From: an uncultured Bifidobacterium sp.
GTDB taxonomy: Bacteria > Actinomycetota > Actinomycetes > Nanopelagicales > Nanopelagicaceae
Length of the DNA: 37,895 nt
Reading direction: 5' to 3'
Assembly (NCBI GenBank): GCA_964476715.1
Contig: CAYZBP010000001.1
Span: 1 to 37,895, forward strand
Positions 9,216 through 18,010 of this stretch are shown here, piece by piece. Position numbers and translations under genes: made by a program. Under the pieces are notes generated by a model that worked only from the letters and a program-made list of their open reading frames with translations, was not told the origin of the DNA and made no database searches. Positions within the stretch are counted from its first letter, which is position 1, and the number at the start of each line of letters is the position of its first letter.

Positions 9216-9971
9216 ATGAAAAATAGAATTCACGCAAAATCTCAGGCTGCCATAGTATCTCTATTTATTTCTGGCCTCTTGCTTTCTGCATGCTCGACAA
9301 CTGGAGTAAGCGAGGAACAGGCTTCATCACCTGCACCTTCGGAGTCTGCTTCAGCAAGCACGCCAGCGCCGAGTGAATCTGCTGCTCCGGAAGCATCGGC
9401 AACTCCCGCATCATCGAGTCCTTGCAAGCCAACCGCAGCTGTCGGTTCACCAGCCAAAGATGTAGGCGCACCTAATGATGTCTTGCCTGCTAAGAGTTAT
9501 ACCTTTAATTTGAAGACCAATTGTGGAGATATTGAGATCACCGCAGATGGAGTTAAGGCTCCGATCACGGTATCGACCCTAGCCTTTCTTGCTAAAGGTG
9601 GTTTTTATAACGGAACGATTTGTCATCGTCTAACAACCCAAGGTTTATATGTCTTGCAATGTGGAGATCCAACTGCAACTGGTGGTGGCGGACCTAACTT
9701 CACATTTAAAGATGAGAATTTACCTGCGCAAGCAGACAACAACTACCCAGCCGGTTCTGTCGCGATGGCCAATTCCGGCCCAAATACAAACGGAAGTCAA
9801 TTCTTCTTGGTTTACGCTGACACAACTTTGGGTGCGAATTACACACTCTGGGGAAAGATCACCAAAGGCCTAGATATTGTTAAATCAATCGCTGAGTACG
9901 GCACAGCTGATGGAAGCGGCGACGGAACTCCAAAAGCAACCGTAGAAATCATTAACGCCAGCGTTAAATAA
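9216..9971 (+). CDS. Cyclophilin-type peptidyl-prolyl cis-trans isomerase, predicted lipoprotein
   Basis: Signal peptide with lipobox LLLSAC, followed by an Ala/Ser/Pro/Glu linker (PAPSESA-type repeats). The cyclophilin core shows GFYNGTICHRL and MANSGPNTNGSQFFLV. Confidence 0.9.
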   Translation: MKNRIHAKSQAAIVSLFISGLLLSACSTTGVSEEQASSPAPSESASASTPAPSESAAPEASATPASSSPCKPTAAVGSPAKDVGAPNDVLPAKSYTFNLKTNCGDIEITADGVKAPITVSTLAFLAKGGFYNGTICHRLTTQGLYVLQCGDPTATGGGGPNFTFKDENLPAQADNNYPAGSVAMANSGPNTNGSQFFLVYADTTLGANYTLWGKITKGLDIVKSIAEYGTADGSGDGTPKATVEIINASVK

Positions 9972-9984
9972 TCAAAAGTATTAC

Positions 9985-10027
9985 TACTAGATCAAGAGTT
10001 TGAATTTTTCCTACTCTTGATCTAGTA
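9985..10027. terminator. Hairpin between convergent cyclophilin and trmI genes (15-bp perfect stem, 13-nt loop)
   Basis: TACTAGATCAAGAGT (9985-9999) is the exact reverse complement of ACTCTTGATCTAGTA (10013-10027). The right arm covers the last codons and stop of trmI. The flanks are only weakly U-rich, so terminator function is inferred. Confidence 0.5.
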
Positions 10028-10892
10028 AATCATCTTCGTCTGGCTTAGAAGCTCTTCTTCTTTTTCGCATTGCACTAACTCCGTCAGCAACTCTTCGGCT
10101 TCGAACCAAAAAGCCGGTGTGGCTAATCATGCGATGCTCCGGGCGTACCGATAAAGATTCAACATGCCAAGGTCTATGCAAACTCTCCCAAGACTCCGGT
10201 TCAGTGAATAACGTATTTGCTCGCAGCGCTTCCACTAAACGGGACAGTTGCGTTGTGGTAGTTACGTAGCCAATAAAAACACCACCCGGTCGCAATATTT
10301 GAGAAGTAATCTCAATGCAATCCCAAGGAGCTAACATGTCTAGCACTACACGATCAAACTTCTCATCTAGAACTGCATCTTGGAAAGAGTTAATTTGCAA
10401 CTCCCAAGCAGGATGAGCAGACCCAAAAAAGAGAGAAATATTTTTGGCAGCTATTGCTCCAAAATCTTCGCGACGCTCAATGCTTAAAACTCGCCCAGAG
10501 GATCCAACTGCTCTAAGTAAAGAAATTGTTAAGGCTCCACTGCCTACCCCTGCCTCAAGAACATGGTCTCCGGAGTGAATATCTCCAAAAGCAATAATCT
10601 CGGCCGCGTCTTTCGGATAGACAATTGTTGCCCCACGAGGCATTGAAAGTACAAAATCTTCCAACAAAGGTCTTTGATAAAAATAGGGCGCACCCAAAGT
10701 TGATAGCAGGATTGAACCTTCGCTTGATCCAATAATTTCATCATGTGAAATGTGACCTTTATGCCCTTGCCATGTCGCTCCGGCGGTTAAAGTGATCGTA
10801 TGCAATTTTCCTTTGGCATCGGTCAATTGAATCCGCTCTCCAGCTCTAAGCGGACCACTTCTACTGCTCTCTGCAAATCCATTTTCACTCAT
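10011..10892 (-). CDS. trmI: tRNA (adenine58-N1)-methyltransferase TrmI (Rv2118c-like)
   Basis: SAM-binding motif VLEAGVGSGALTISL and VLDMLAPW, preceded by an N-terminal beta domain. Confidence 0.85.
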   Translation of the reverse strand: MSENGFAESSRSGPLRAGERIQLTDAKGKLHTITLTAGATWQGHKGHISHDEIIGSSEGSILLSTLGAPYFYQRPLLEDFVLSMPRGATIVYPKDAAEIIAFGDIHSGDHVLEAGVGSGALTISLLRAVGSSGRVLSIERREDFGAIAAKNISLFFGSAHPAWELQINSFQDAVLDEKFDRVVLDMLAPWDCIEITSQILRPGGVFIGYVTTTTQLSRLVEALRANTLFTEPESWESLHRPWHVESLSVRPEHRMISHTGFLVRSRRVADGVSAMRKRRRASKPDEDDLLDQE

Positions 10893-10898
10893 GTGCCT

Positions 10899-10904
10899 AT
10901 TCTA
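10899..10904 (-). promoter_or_regulatory. Candidate -10 (TAGAAT) for a leaderless trmI transcript
   Basis: Reverse-strand TAGAAT 6 nt upstream of the trmI ATG (10892). Confidence 0.4.
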
Positions 10905-10940
10905 GGCTTATCGGAGATCGCAATTGTTTAGGACCTTCAA

Positions 10941-11747
10941 ATGAGTACAAATTCACGACGCAACACTCTCTCCCCTAGTCGTGCAAACGACTTCATGAAT
11001 TGTCCTTTGCTTTATCGTTTCAGAGTCATAGACAAATTGCCGGAACCTCCGAGTGCGGATGCATTAAAGGGAACATTGGTGCATTCAGTCTTGGAAGATC
11101 TATTTGGCTTAGAACGCCAAGATAGAACTCCTACTCAAGCCCACGAATCACTTCCTTCGATTTGGGAGCAGCTAAAGGAAAAGACTCCAGGGGTCGACGC
11201 AATGTTTTTGAATGTCGATTTAGATCAATGGTTAATTAGTGCCCATTCCTTAATAGATAGGTATTTCGAATTAGAAGATCCTAAATCTTTCGATCCAACA
11301 GAGTTAGAAAAATTCGTTGAGTACCAATTGGAAGATGGCCCAATGATCCATGGGTACATCGACCGTCTGGATATCGCTCCAACAGGTGAGATTCGAGTTG
11401 TCGATTACAAAACCGGAAAATCTCCTCGAGCTGGGTACGAAGAAAAATCTCTTTTTCAAATGCGTTTCTATGCTCTAATCCTTTGGCGCACTCTTGGAAA
11501 AATTCCAAAAAGATTACAACTGCTTTACTTGGGTGACAAAAATCGGTTAATGAGTGAACCAACTGAGGCAGAGTTAATCAAGACCGAAGGGAAAATCCTT
11601 TCAATCTGGTCTGACATTCAACTCTCGTATGAAACAGGATTATGGAAATCAAAGAAAAGTAAATTATGTGATTGGTGTAATCATCAATCTATCTGTCCAG
11701 AGTTTGGTGGAACTCCCCCACCGTTACCGGTAAACGCTAGCGACTAA
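10941..11747 (+). CDS. RecB-family PD-(D/E)XK nuclease with Cas4/AddB-like Fe-S cysteines (Rv2119-like)
   Basis: Nuclease motifs GYIDRLD, VVDYKTGK and QMRFYALI. One N-terminal Cys (FMNCPLLYRF) plus the C-terminal CDWCNHQSIC give a four-Cys arrangement. Confidence 0.8.
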   Translation: MSTNSRRNTLSPSRANDFMNCPLLYRFRVIDKLPEPPSADALKGTLVHSVLEDLFGLERQDRTPTQAHESLPSIWEQLKEKTPGVDAMFLNVDLDQWLISAHSLIDRYFELEDPKSFDPTELEKFVEYQLEDGPMIHGYIDRLDIAPTGEIRVVDYKTGKSPRAGYEEKSLFQMRFYALILWRTLGKIPKRLQLLYLGDKNRLMSEPTEAELIKTEGKILSIWSDIQLSYETGLWKSKKSKLCDWCNHQSICPEFGGTPPPLPVNASD

Positions 11748-12390
11748 ATTTTTCTTTCAAAAGAGGGACTGTAACATTTTCCAAAGTTTTCAAGACAATC
11801 CGACGTGGAGCTGAATCGATAGGTACTAAATGTGGAACGGCAACAACGTAAGCTCCAGCCGCAGTTGCAGAGGCAACACCAGTTGCTGAATCTTCTAAAA
11901 CAATGCACTCGCTAATTTCTACATTGAGTTTATCTGCAGCCAATAAATATGGATCAGGAAATGGTTTGCTTCTACCTACATCTGAAGCAGATATCGAAAA
12001 CTGGTAATAGCTCTTACCTAATCCGTTTAAAACTGCATCAACTATCGGGCGGGGACTTGCCGATACCAAACCAACTGGAATTCCTAACTCTAAAATTTCA
12101 CTCAACAAAACTTCGACACCTGGCATAAATCCAACACCCTGAGAACAACGTTGTGCCATGCGGCGAACCATCTCATCTGAAAACCATTCAGCGAGATCTG
12201 GTCGGTTACTTTTGTCTGCAAGATGAATACCCACTTTGGACATTGGTCCACCTAGGCAATGTGCTTGATCTGCTAGCGACCAATCTGCACCATATTCGTT
12301 TGCTAATTCAACCTCTGTTTGCAACCACATAGGTTCGGTGTCTACTGAAAGCCCATCCATATCGAAGAAAAACGCTTGCGGAAAGATCAC
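11737..12390 (-). CDS. HAD-superfamily hydrolase (beta-phosphoglucomutase-like subfamily IA)
   Basis: Motif I FFFDMDGLSVDTE and motif IV VLEDSATG. The GTG start overlaps the metH stop (GTGA). The 3' end overlaps the convergent nuclease gene by 11 bp. Confidence 0.8.
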   Translation of the reverse strand: MIFPQAFFFDMDGLSVDTEPMWLQTEVELANEYGADWSLADQAHCLGGPMSKVGIHLADKSNRPDLAEWFSDEMVRRMAQRCSQGVGFMPGVEVLLSEILELGIPVGLVSASPRPIVDAVLNGLGKSYYQFSISASDVGRSKPFPDPYLLAADKLNVEISECIVLEDSATGVASATAAGAYVVAVPHLVPIDSAPRRIVLKTLENVTVPLLKEKFSR

Positions 12391-15300
12391 GTTGCGTTGA
12401 AATATTTCGCCTCAGGATGATGAACGATGATCGCTGAAGTAGATTGTTCAGGATGTAATTGGAACTCTTCAGAAAGTTCAACGCCGATTCTTTCCGGTTC
12501 TAACAATTTACATAATGCAACTTGCTGTTCGATATCTGGACAGGCCGGATACCCAAATGAGTAACGCGATCCGCGATACCCCTGATCTAGCAGATCGGAA
12601 AGTTCAGCACTATCTTCCTTAGCAAATCCGATTTCGGACCTAATTCTGGCGTGCCAAAACTCTGCCAGGCTCTCAGTTAGTTGAACTGACAATCCATGCA
12701 ACTCTAAATATTCGCGGAACGAGCCGGCCTCAAATAACTTTGCAGTTGCTCTACTTATTGCTTCGCCCATCGTTACCACATGAAAAGAGACGACATCGAT
12801 CTTGCCGCTTTCCTTAGATGCAAAGAAATCCGCTAAACATAAGCGACGATCTCGTCTTTGCCGTGGAAATGAAAAACGGGTTCGCTCGGTTTTTTGATCC
12901 TCTTCTAAAATAATTAGATCATTTCCTTCGCTATAACAAGGGAAATATCCATAAACTACAGCGGCTTCTAACCAAGCGTTTGTTTGAACTTCATTTAGTA
13001 GATTACGAAGTCGAGGACGACCTTCACTTTCAACCATCGCCTCGTACTCACCTCGCGCACTCTTCAAGCCCCATTGACCTACAAATAGTGCTCGCTCATC
13101 AAGCATTCCTGCATAATCCGCAAGCGGCACACCTTTAACAACTCTTGAACCCCAGAAAGGTGGATTTGGTATTTCATTGGTAGTTGAAACATCACTTCTT
13201 ACGGTGTCTATCTCCATCACTTCTTGAGTGGTTACCTTAGTTCGACGTTTCTTTAACTCCGGGAGTTCTGCGCCTTCGACACCACGTTTAATTCCCATCA
13301 AAGTATCCATCAAACGTAAACCTTCAAATGCATCTCTGGCGTATCGAACGGTTCCAGGGAATTGTTCGGCAAGATCTTGCTCGACATAAGATCTCGTAAG
13401 AGCGGCTCCGCCCAAAATGATCGGCCATTTTTGATCAAGATTTCTAGCTGTGATCTCTTCCAAATTCTCTTTCATAATTACCGTCGATTTGACTAATAAT
13501 CCACTCAAGCCGATCACATCAACATTTTCCTTCTCGGCCGATTCGATAATGGAGTTAATCGGTTGTTTGATACCGATATTCACAACCTCATAACCGTTAT
13601 TCGACAAAATGATATCTACAAGGTTTTTCCCGATATCGTGAACATCGCCTTTTACAGTGGCAAGCAAAATTCTTCCGCGACCTTCATCATCAGTCTTTTC
13701 CATACTTGGCTCTAAGTGAGCAACCGCAAGTTTCATAACTTCTGCCGATGAGAGCACAAAAGGAAGTTGCATTTCGCCTTTGCCAAATAACTCACCCACA
13801 GTTTTCATACCTTCAAGAAGGTGATCATTAATGATGGCTAATGGTTTAATCCCTTCAGCCATCGCTAAATCTAGATCTGCTTCCAATCCTGCGCGTTCTC
13901 CATCAATAATTCGTCTTTGCAATCTCTCCTGTAATGGCAAAAGCAATAACTCTTCAGCCCGACTTGCCCGACCGGAGGCGGCTTCCACGCCCTCAAAGAG
14001 ATCCAGAAATCTTGTTAATGGATCATAAGTGACGATCTCATTTTCATATTTGCGCCGGTCGTAAATTAAATCAAGCGCAACTTCTTTTACTTCATCTGAG
14101 ATTCGAGCAAATGGAGTGATCTTGGAAGGGTGCACAATCGCCGAAGTTAAACCGGCATTCACCGCTTCATGTAAAAATACTGAGTTTAAAACTATTCTTG
14201 CTGCAGGATTTAAGCCGAAAGATATGTTGCTAACACCAAGTGTGGTTTGAACCTCAGGGTAAATCCGACGTATTTCGCGGATTGCATTAATTGTCTCTAA
14301 ACCATCACGCCTGGTTTCTTCTTGTCCAGTTGCGACTGGGAAAGTCAGTGTGTCGATAATTATGTCTTCGACTCTCATCCCCCATTTATTCTTCAAATCT
14401 TCAATTAGTCGTGTAGCGATTGCAACTTTCAAATCAGCAGTTCGAGCTTGACCTTCTTCATCGATGGTTAATGCAATGACAGCGCATCCATGCTCACTAA
14501 CTAACTCCATCATCTTGGCAAAACGAGAATCCGCACCATCGCCATCTTCATAGTTAACGGAGTTGATTACCGCTCTTCCGCCTAATCTTTCAAGACCTGC
14601 TTTAATAACTTTTGGTTCAGTAGAGTCGAGAACTATAGGTAAAGTCGACGAAGTTGCTAACTTCTCAGCCAAAATACTCATATCAACAGCACCATCGCGA
14701 CCTACATAATCAACGCAGAGATCTAACATATGGGCGCCATCGCGAATTTGATCACGAGCGATCTCTAAACACTGTTCCCAATTTTGTGCCAACATTGCTT
14801 CTTTGAAAGCACGTGATCCATTTGCGTTCGTCTTTTCACCAATTGCTAAATAAGTTTTGTCCTGACGTAGTTGTACCTGTTGGTAAAGAGATGCTACGGA
14901 GGCCTCGACAGGTATTTCACGTACAACCGGCTTCTCCATCTGTGCAACTGCAACTACCTCTTTAAGGTGCTCTGGAGTTGTTCCACAACAACCACCAATA
15001 AAATTCAAACCATAATCTTCGATAAAAACTTTGAGGGCTTTAGCCAGTTCAACTGGAGTGAGCGGATAGTGCGCACCATTTGGTCCTAGTACTGGCAAGC
15101 CGGCATTAGGCATACAAGTAATCGCGATTTCTGTTTGTTGCGATAGTTGTCGAAGATGTTCACTCATCTCTGTTGGTCCTGTTGCGCAGTTAAGACCGAT
15201 TGAATCAATTCCAAGTGGTTCTAGGGCGGTGAGTGCAGCGCCAATCTCACTACCGAGCAACATTGTTCCGGTCGCCTCGACTGTAACTTGAGCCATTAAA

Positions 15301-15851
15301 TAAATATCTTTTTCAGATTTAGTAATTGCTGCTCTCGATCCATTTACTGCGGCTTTCGCTTGTAAAAGATCTTGTGCCGTTTCAATCAGCAAACCATCGC
15401 AGCCACCATCTATTAATCCTTGCGCGGCAATTTCGTAAGCGTTCTTCAAATTCTCGTAAGTTGTGTGTCCTAGAGTTGGCAATTTAGTGCCTGGACCAAG
15501 AGAACCTAAAACATATCTTGGACGCTCGGGCGTCGAATAATTATCTGCGCATTCGCGTGCGATCTTTGCACCGGCTAGCGCTAATTCATAAATCCGATCT
15601 TCTGCTTCGTATTCAGCTAAATTCGCCCAATTCGCACCAAAAGTATTTGTTTCGATCGCATCGACGCCGACTTCTAGATAAGCGTTATGTACTGCGGCAA
15701 CCATATCTGGACGAGTTACATTCAGAATCTCGTTGCAACCTTCCAAACCCTGGAACTCCTCCATGGTTGGATTTTGAGCCTGAAGCATTGTTCCCATGGC
15801 TCCATCGGCCACTAAAACGCGGCTCTGGAGGCTTTGACGCAGGCTGATCAT
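12387..15851 (-). CDS. metH: Cobalamin-dependent methionine synthase
   Basis: 1154 aa. Hcy-domain zinc cysteines (GGCCGTTPEH), B12-binding GDVHDIGKN, and a C-terminal activation domain (RYSFGYPACPD). Confidence 0.95.
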   Translation of the reverse strand: MISLRQSLQSRVLVADGAMGTMLQAQNPTMEEFQGLEGCNEILNVTRPDMVAAVHNAYLEVGVDAIETNTFGANWANLAEYEAEDRIYELALAGAKIARECADNYSTPERPRYVLGSLGPGTKLPTLGHTTYENLKNAYEIAAQGLIDGGCDGLLIETAQDLLQAKAAVNGSRAAITKSEKDIYLMAQVTVEATGTMLLGSEIGAALTALEPLGIDSIGLNCATGPTEMSEHLRQLSQQTEIAITCMPNAGLPVLGPNGAHYPLTPVELAKALKVFIEDYGLNFIGGCCGTTPEHLKEVVAVAQMEKPVVREIPVEASVASLYQQVQLRQDKTYLAIGEKTNANGSRAFKEAMLAQNWEQCLEIARDQIRDGAHMLDLCVDYVGRDGAVDMSILAEKLATSSTLPIVLDSTEPKVIKAGLERLGGRAVINSVNYEDGDGADSRFAKMMELVSEHGCAVIALTIDEEGQARTADLKVAIATRLIEDLKNKWGMRVEDIIIDTLTFPVATGQEETRRDGLETINAIREIRRIYPEVQTTLGVSNISFGLNPAARIVLNSVFLHEAVNAGLTSAIVHPSKITPFARISDEVKEVALDLIYDRRKYENEIVTYDPLTRFLDLFEGVEAASGRASRAEELLLLPLQERLQRRIIDGERAGLEADLDLAMAEGIKPLAIINDHLLEGMKTVGELFGKGEMQLPFVLSSAEVMKLAVAHLEPSMEKTDDEGRGRILLATVKGDVHDIGKNLVDIILSNNGYEVVNIGIKQPINSIIESAEKENVDVIGLSGLLVKSTVIMKENLEEITARNLDQKWPIILGGAALTRSYVEQDLAEQFPGTVRYARDAFEGLRLMDTLMGIKRGVEGAELPELKKRRTKVTTQEVMEIDTVRSDVSTTNEIPNPPFWGSRVVKGVPLADYAGMLDERALFVGQWGLKSARGEYEAMVESEGRPRLRNLLNEVQTNAWLEAAVVYGYFPCYSEGNDLIILEEDQKTERTRFSFPRQRRDRRLCLADFFASKESGKIDVVSFHVVTMGEAISRATAKLFEAGSFREYLELHGLSVQLTESLAEFWHARIRSEIGFAKEDSAELSDLLDQGYRGSRYSFGYPACPDIEQQVALCKLLEPERIGVELSEEFQLHPEQSTSAIIVHHPEAKYFNAT

Positions 15852-15858
15852 TGTGCAA

Positions 15859-15864
15859 AGAGTA
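15859..15864 (-). promoter_or_regulatory. Candidate -10 (TACTCT) for a leaderless metH transcript
   Basis: Reverse-strand TAnnnT 7 nt upstream of the metH ATG (15851). No SD. Confidence 0.35.
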
Positions 15865-15883
15865 CCGGTTAAGCCATCTGCTC

Positions 15884-15889
15884 TAGTGT
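15884..15889 (+). promoter_or_regulatory. Candidate -10 (TAGTGT) for a leaderless PAC2-family transcript
   Basis: TAnnnT 6 nt upstream of the ATG at 15896. No SD. Confidence 0.35.
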
Positions 15890-15895
15890 TAGGTC

Positions 15896-16750
15896 ATGGA
15901 GATTTTGGGCATACCGCAACTCAGATCGCCAATAATGATTTTGGCTTTTTCTGGCTGGAATGACGCGGGAGAAGCAGCTTCGGCAGCACTTGAACATTTA
16001 GCGAGCATTTGGCCTGTTCAGACGATTGGTGAATTCGATACGGAAGAGTTTTACGATTATCAAAATAATCGCCCGATTGTTTCAGTGGATGAATCATTTA
16101 ATAGATCGCTTACCTGGCCCACCACAACGGTTCGTGGGGTTTCGCTGCCAAATTATGATCGTGATTTAATTTTAGTTTCTGGTGTCGAACCTTCATTGAA
16201 ATGGCGAACTTTCGTAGGTCAATTACTCGATCTCGGAGAAGATCTCGATATTTCGATGGTCGTTTGTCTTGGTTCACTGCTCGCTGATGTTCCCCATACT
16301 CGCCCGATACCAGTTACCGCCACTGCAGCAAGACCAGAGTTTGGTGAACGTCTCGGATTGGAAATGAGTCGTTATGAAGGGCCAACGGGAATTCTTGGAG
16401 CAATTCAAGATGCCTGTAATCAAAGAGAGATCGATGCGCTTTCAATTTGGGCTGCAATACCCCATTACGTTTCTTCACCGCCTTGTCCCAAAGCCACGTT
16501 GTCTTTGCTAAATCATTTAGAGGATTTATTAGAGCTCTCAATTGATTTAGGTGAATTACCTGAAGATGCAAAAGCTTGGGAAATTGGTGTTGATCAACTT
16601 TCACAGGAAGATTCCGAGATTGCGGATTACGTCAAATCATTAGAAGAAAGTAAAGACGAGGCTGACTTACCGGAAGCAACTGGTGAGGCTATTGCCCGTG
16701 AATTTGAAAGATATTTACGCAGACGTGGAGACGACAACCCTCAGATTTAG
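15896..16750 (+). CDS. PAC2 (proteasome assembly chaperone 2-like) family protein (Rv2125-like)
   Basis: Family-typical N-terminus LRSPIMILAFSGWNDAGEAASAALEHL. Acidic C-terminal tail. Divergent from metH, as in mycobacteria. Confidence 0.75.
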   Translation: MEILGIPQLRSPIMILAFSGWNDAGEAASAALEHLASIWPVQTIGEFDTEEFYDYQNNRPIVSVDESFNRSLTWPTTTVRGVSLPNYDRDLILVSGVEPSLKWRTFVGQLLDLGEDLDISMVVCLGSLLADVPHTRPIPVTATAARPEFGERLGLEMSRYEGPTGILGAIQDACNQREIDALSIWAAIPHYVSSPPCPKATLSLLNHLEDLLELSIDLGELPEDAKAWEIGVDQLSQEDSEIADYVKSLEESKDEADLPEATGEAIAREFERYLRRRGDDNPQI

Positions 16751-17997
16751 ATTGCCACACCTAAAACTGCATCGATAAATCTGGCAAGAGTGCCAGTGTT
16801 CGCAAGTTTTGAGTTTTTATCTGAACCAGAATCTACTATTGCAGTTTCTACCCAAGCGTCAATGTGCGCAAGCGCTTTAGAAGTATCAAGATCGTTATTT
16901 AGTGCATCAACTACACGCGAAATTGTCTCTGTAATTTCCGGTCCCTCTGGCTTAGCAAAACCTTTTCTCCATCTTTCCAACCGATTGGTTGCATTTTGGA
17001 GAAGAACATCATCCCATTCGCGATCGCTTCTATAGTGATTAGCAAGAAGTGCCAATCTGATCGCCATTGAATCAATTCCAGCTTCTCGAAGTTTTGATAC
17101 AAAAACTAAATTGCCCTTCGACTTACTCATCTTTTCGCCCTGATAACCAATCATTCCGGTGTGCACAAAATACTTCGCAAAAGCAACATCATTCATAACT
17201 TCACCTTGCGCAGCGCACATTTCGTGATGCGGGAAAATTAAATCCGAACCACCACCTTGAATAGTTACTGCGCTTCCAAGATATTCAAGAGCTATAGCGG
17301 TGCACTCAATATGCCAACCTGGTCTACCTGCACCAAAAGGTGAAGCCCAACTTGGCTCCCCCTCACGATGCGCTCTCCAAAGTAAACAATCTAATTTATT
17401 GCGCTTACCGGCCAGAGTTGGATCGCCTCCACGCTGTGCAAAAATTTCGATCATTTGCTCTAGTGGCAAATGTGATCGACTTCCGAAATCAGGGTCTGAA
17501 GAGATATCAAAATACAGATCGTCTTCGATCTTATAAACAGAATTCTTCGCCATCAGCTTTTCGATAGCTTTAATCACCAGTGGGATTGCTTCTACTGCGC
17601 CGATGTAATGATGAGGTGGGATCACTCGCAAAGCGCTCATGTCATCTTTGAAAAGATCTATTTCCTTTGTTGCGAGATCTCGCCAATCTATATTGTCACG
17701 AATTGCTCGCACTAAGAGCGGGTCATCGACATCTGTAATATTTTGAACATAAGAAACTTTTCTGCCTTGAATTAATAGCAATCGTTGTAAAAGATCAAAA
17801 GTTAAATAGGTCGCGGCATGTCCCATATGTGTGGCATCGTAAGGAGTGATCCCGCAGACATAAAGCTTTATCTCTTTTTCAGTAATCTCATTTATAGCCT
17901 GGGTTTCGGTATTCCATATTCGCGGCTTGGAAGTTATCTGTACACCGTGGGACGCTAATTTGTAATCCGGTATGGATATTGATGTCCAAGTTTGCAT
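16747..17997 (-). CDS. mshC: L-cysteine:1D-myo-inositol 2-amino-2-deoxy-alpha-D-glucopyranoside ligase (mycothiol synthesis)
   Basis: Class I CysRS-like: CGITPYD, HIGH-type THMGHAATY, and KMSKS (EKMSKSKGN). I moved the start to the ATG at 17997 (MQTWTS..., typical MshC N-terminus), because the longer track ORF (to 18075) would overlap the upstream gene by 65 nt. Confidence 0.85.
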   Translation of the reverse strand: MQTWTSISIPDYKLASHGVQITSKPRIWNTETQAINEITEKEIKLYVCGITPYDATHMGHAATYLTFDLLQRLLLIQGRKVSYVQNITDVDDPLLVRAIRDNIDWRDLATKEIDLFKDDMSALRVIPPHHYIGAVEAIPLVIKAIEKLMAKNSVYKIEDDLYFDISSDPDFGSRSHLPLEQMIEIFAQRGGDPTLAGKRNKLDCLLWRAHREGEPSWASPFGAGRPGWHIECTAIALEYLGSAVTIQGGGSDLIFPHHEMCAAQGEVMNDVAFAKYFVHTGMIGYQGEKMSKSKGNLVFVSKLREAGIDSMAIRLALLANHYRSDREWDDVLLQNATNRLERWRKGFAKPEGPEITETISRVVDALNNDLDTSKALAHIDAWVETAIVDSGSDKNSKLANTGTLARFIDAVLGVAI

Positions 17998-18003
17998 TGG
18001 TAC

Positions 18004-18009
18004 AGAGTA
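18004..18009 (-). promoter_or_regulatory. Candidate internal -10 (TACTCT) for a leaderless mshC transcript
   Basis: Reverse-strand TACTCT 6 nt upstream of the mshC ATG (17997), immediately after the upstream gene's TAG stop. No SD. Confidence 0.3.
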
Positions 18010-18010
18010 C

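Noticed and set aside
9300-9430. Imperfect tandem repeats (PAPSESA-type) in the cyclophilin gene
   Set aside because: This is a low-complexity Ala/Ser/Pro/Glu tether between the lipobox cysteine and the catalytic domain, a common feature of actinobacterial lipoproteins. It is not a mobile or CRISPR-like repeat.
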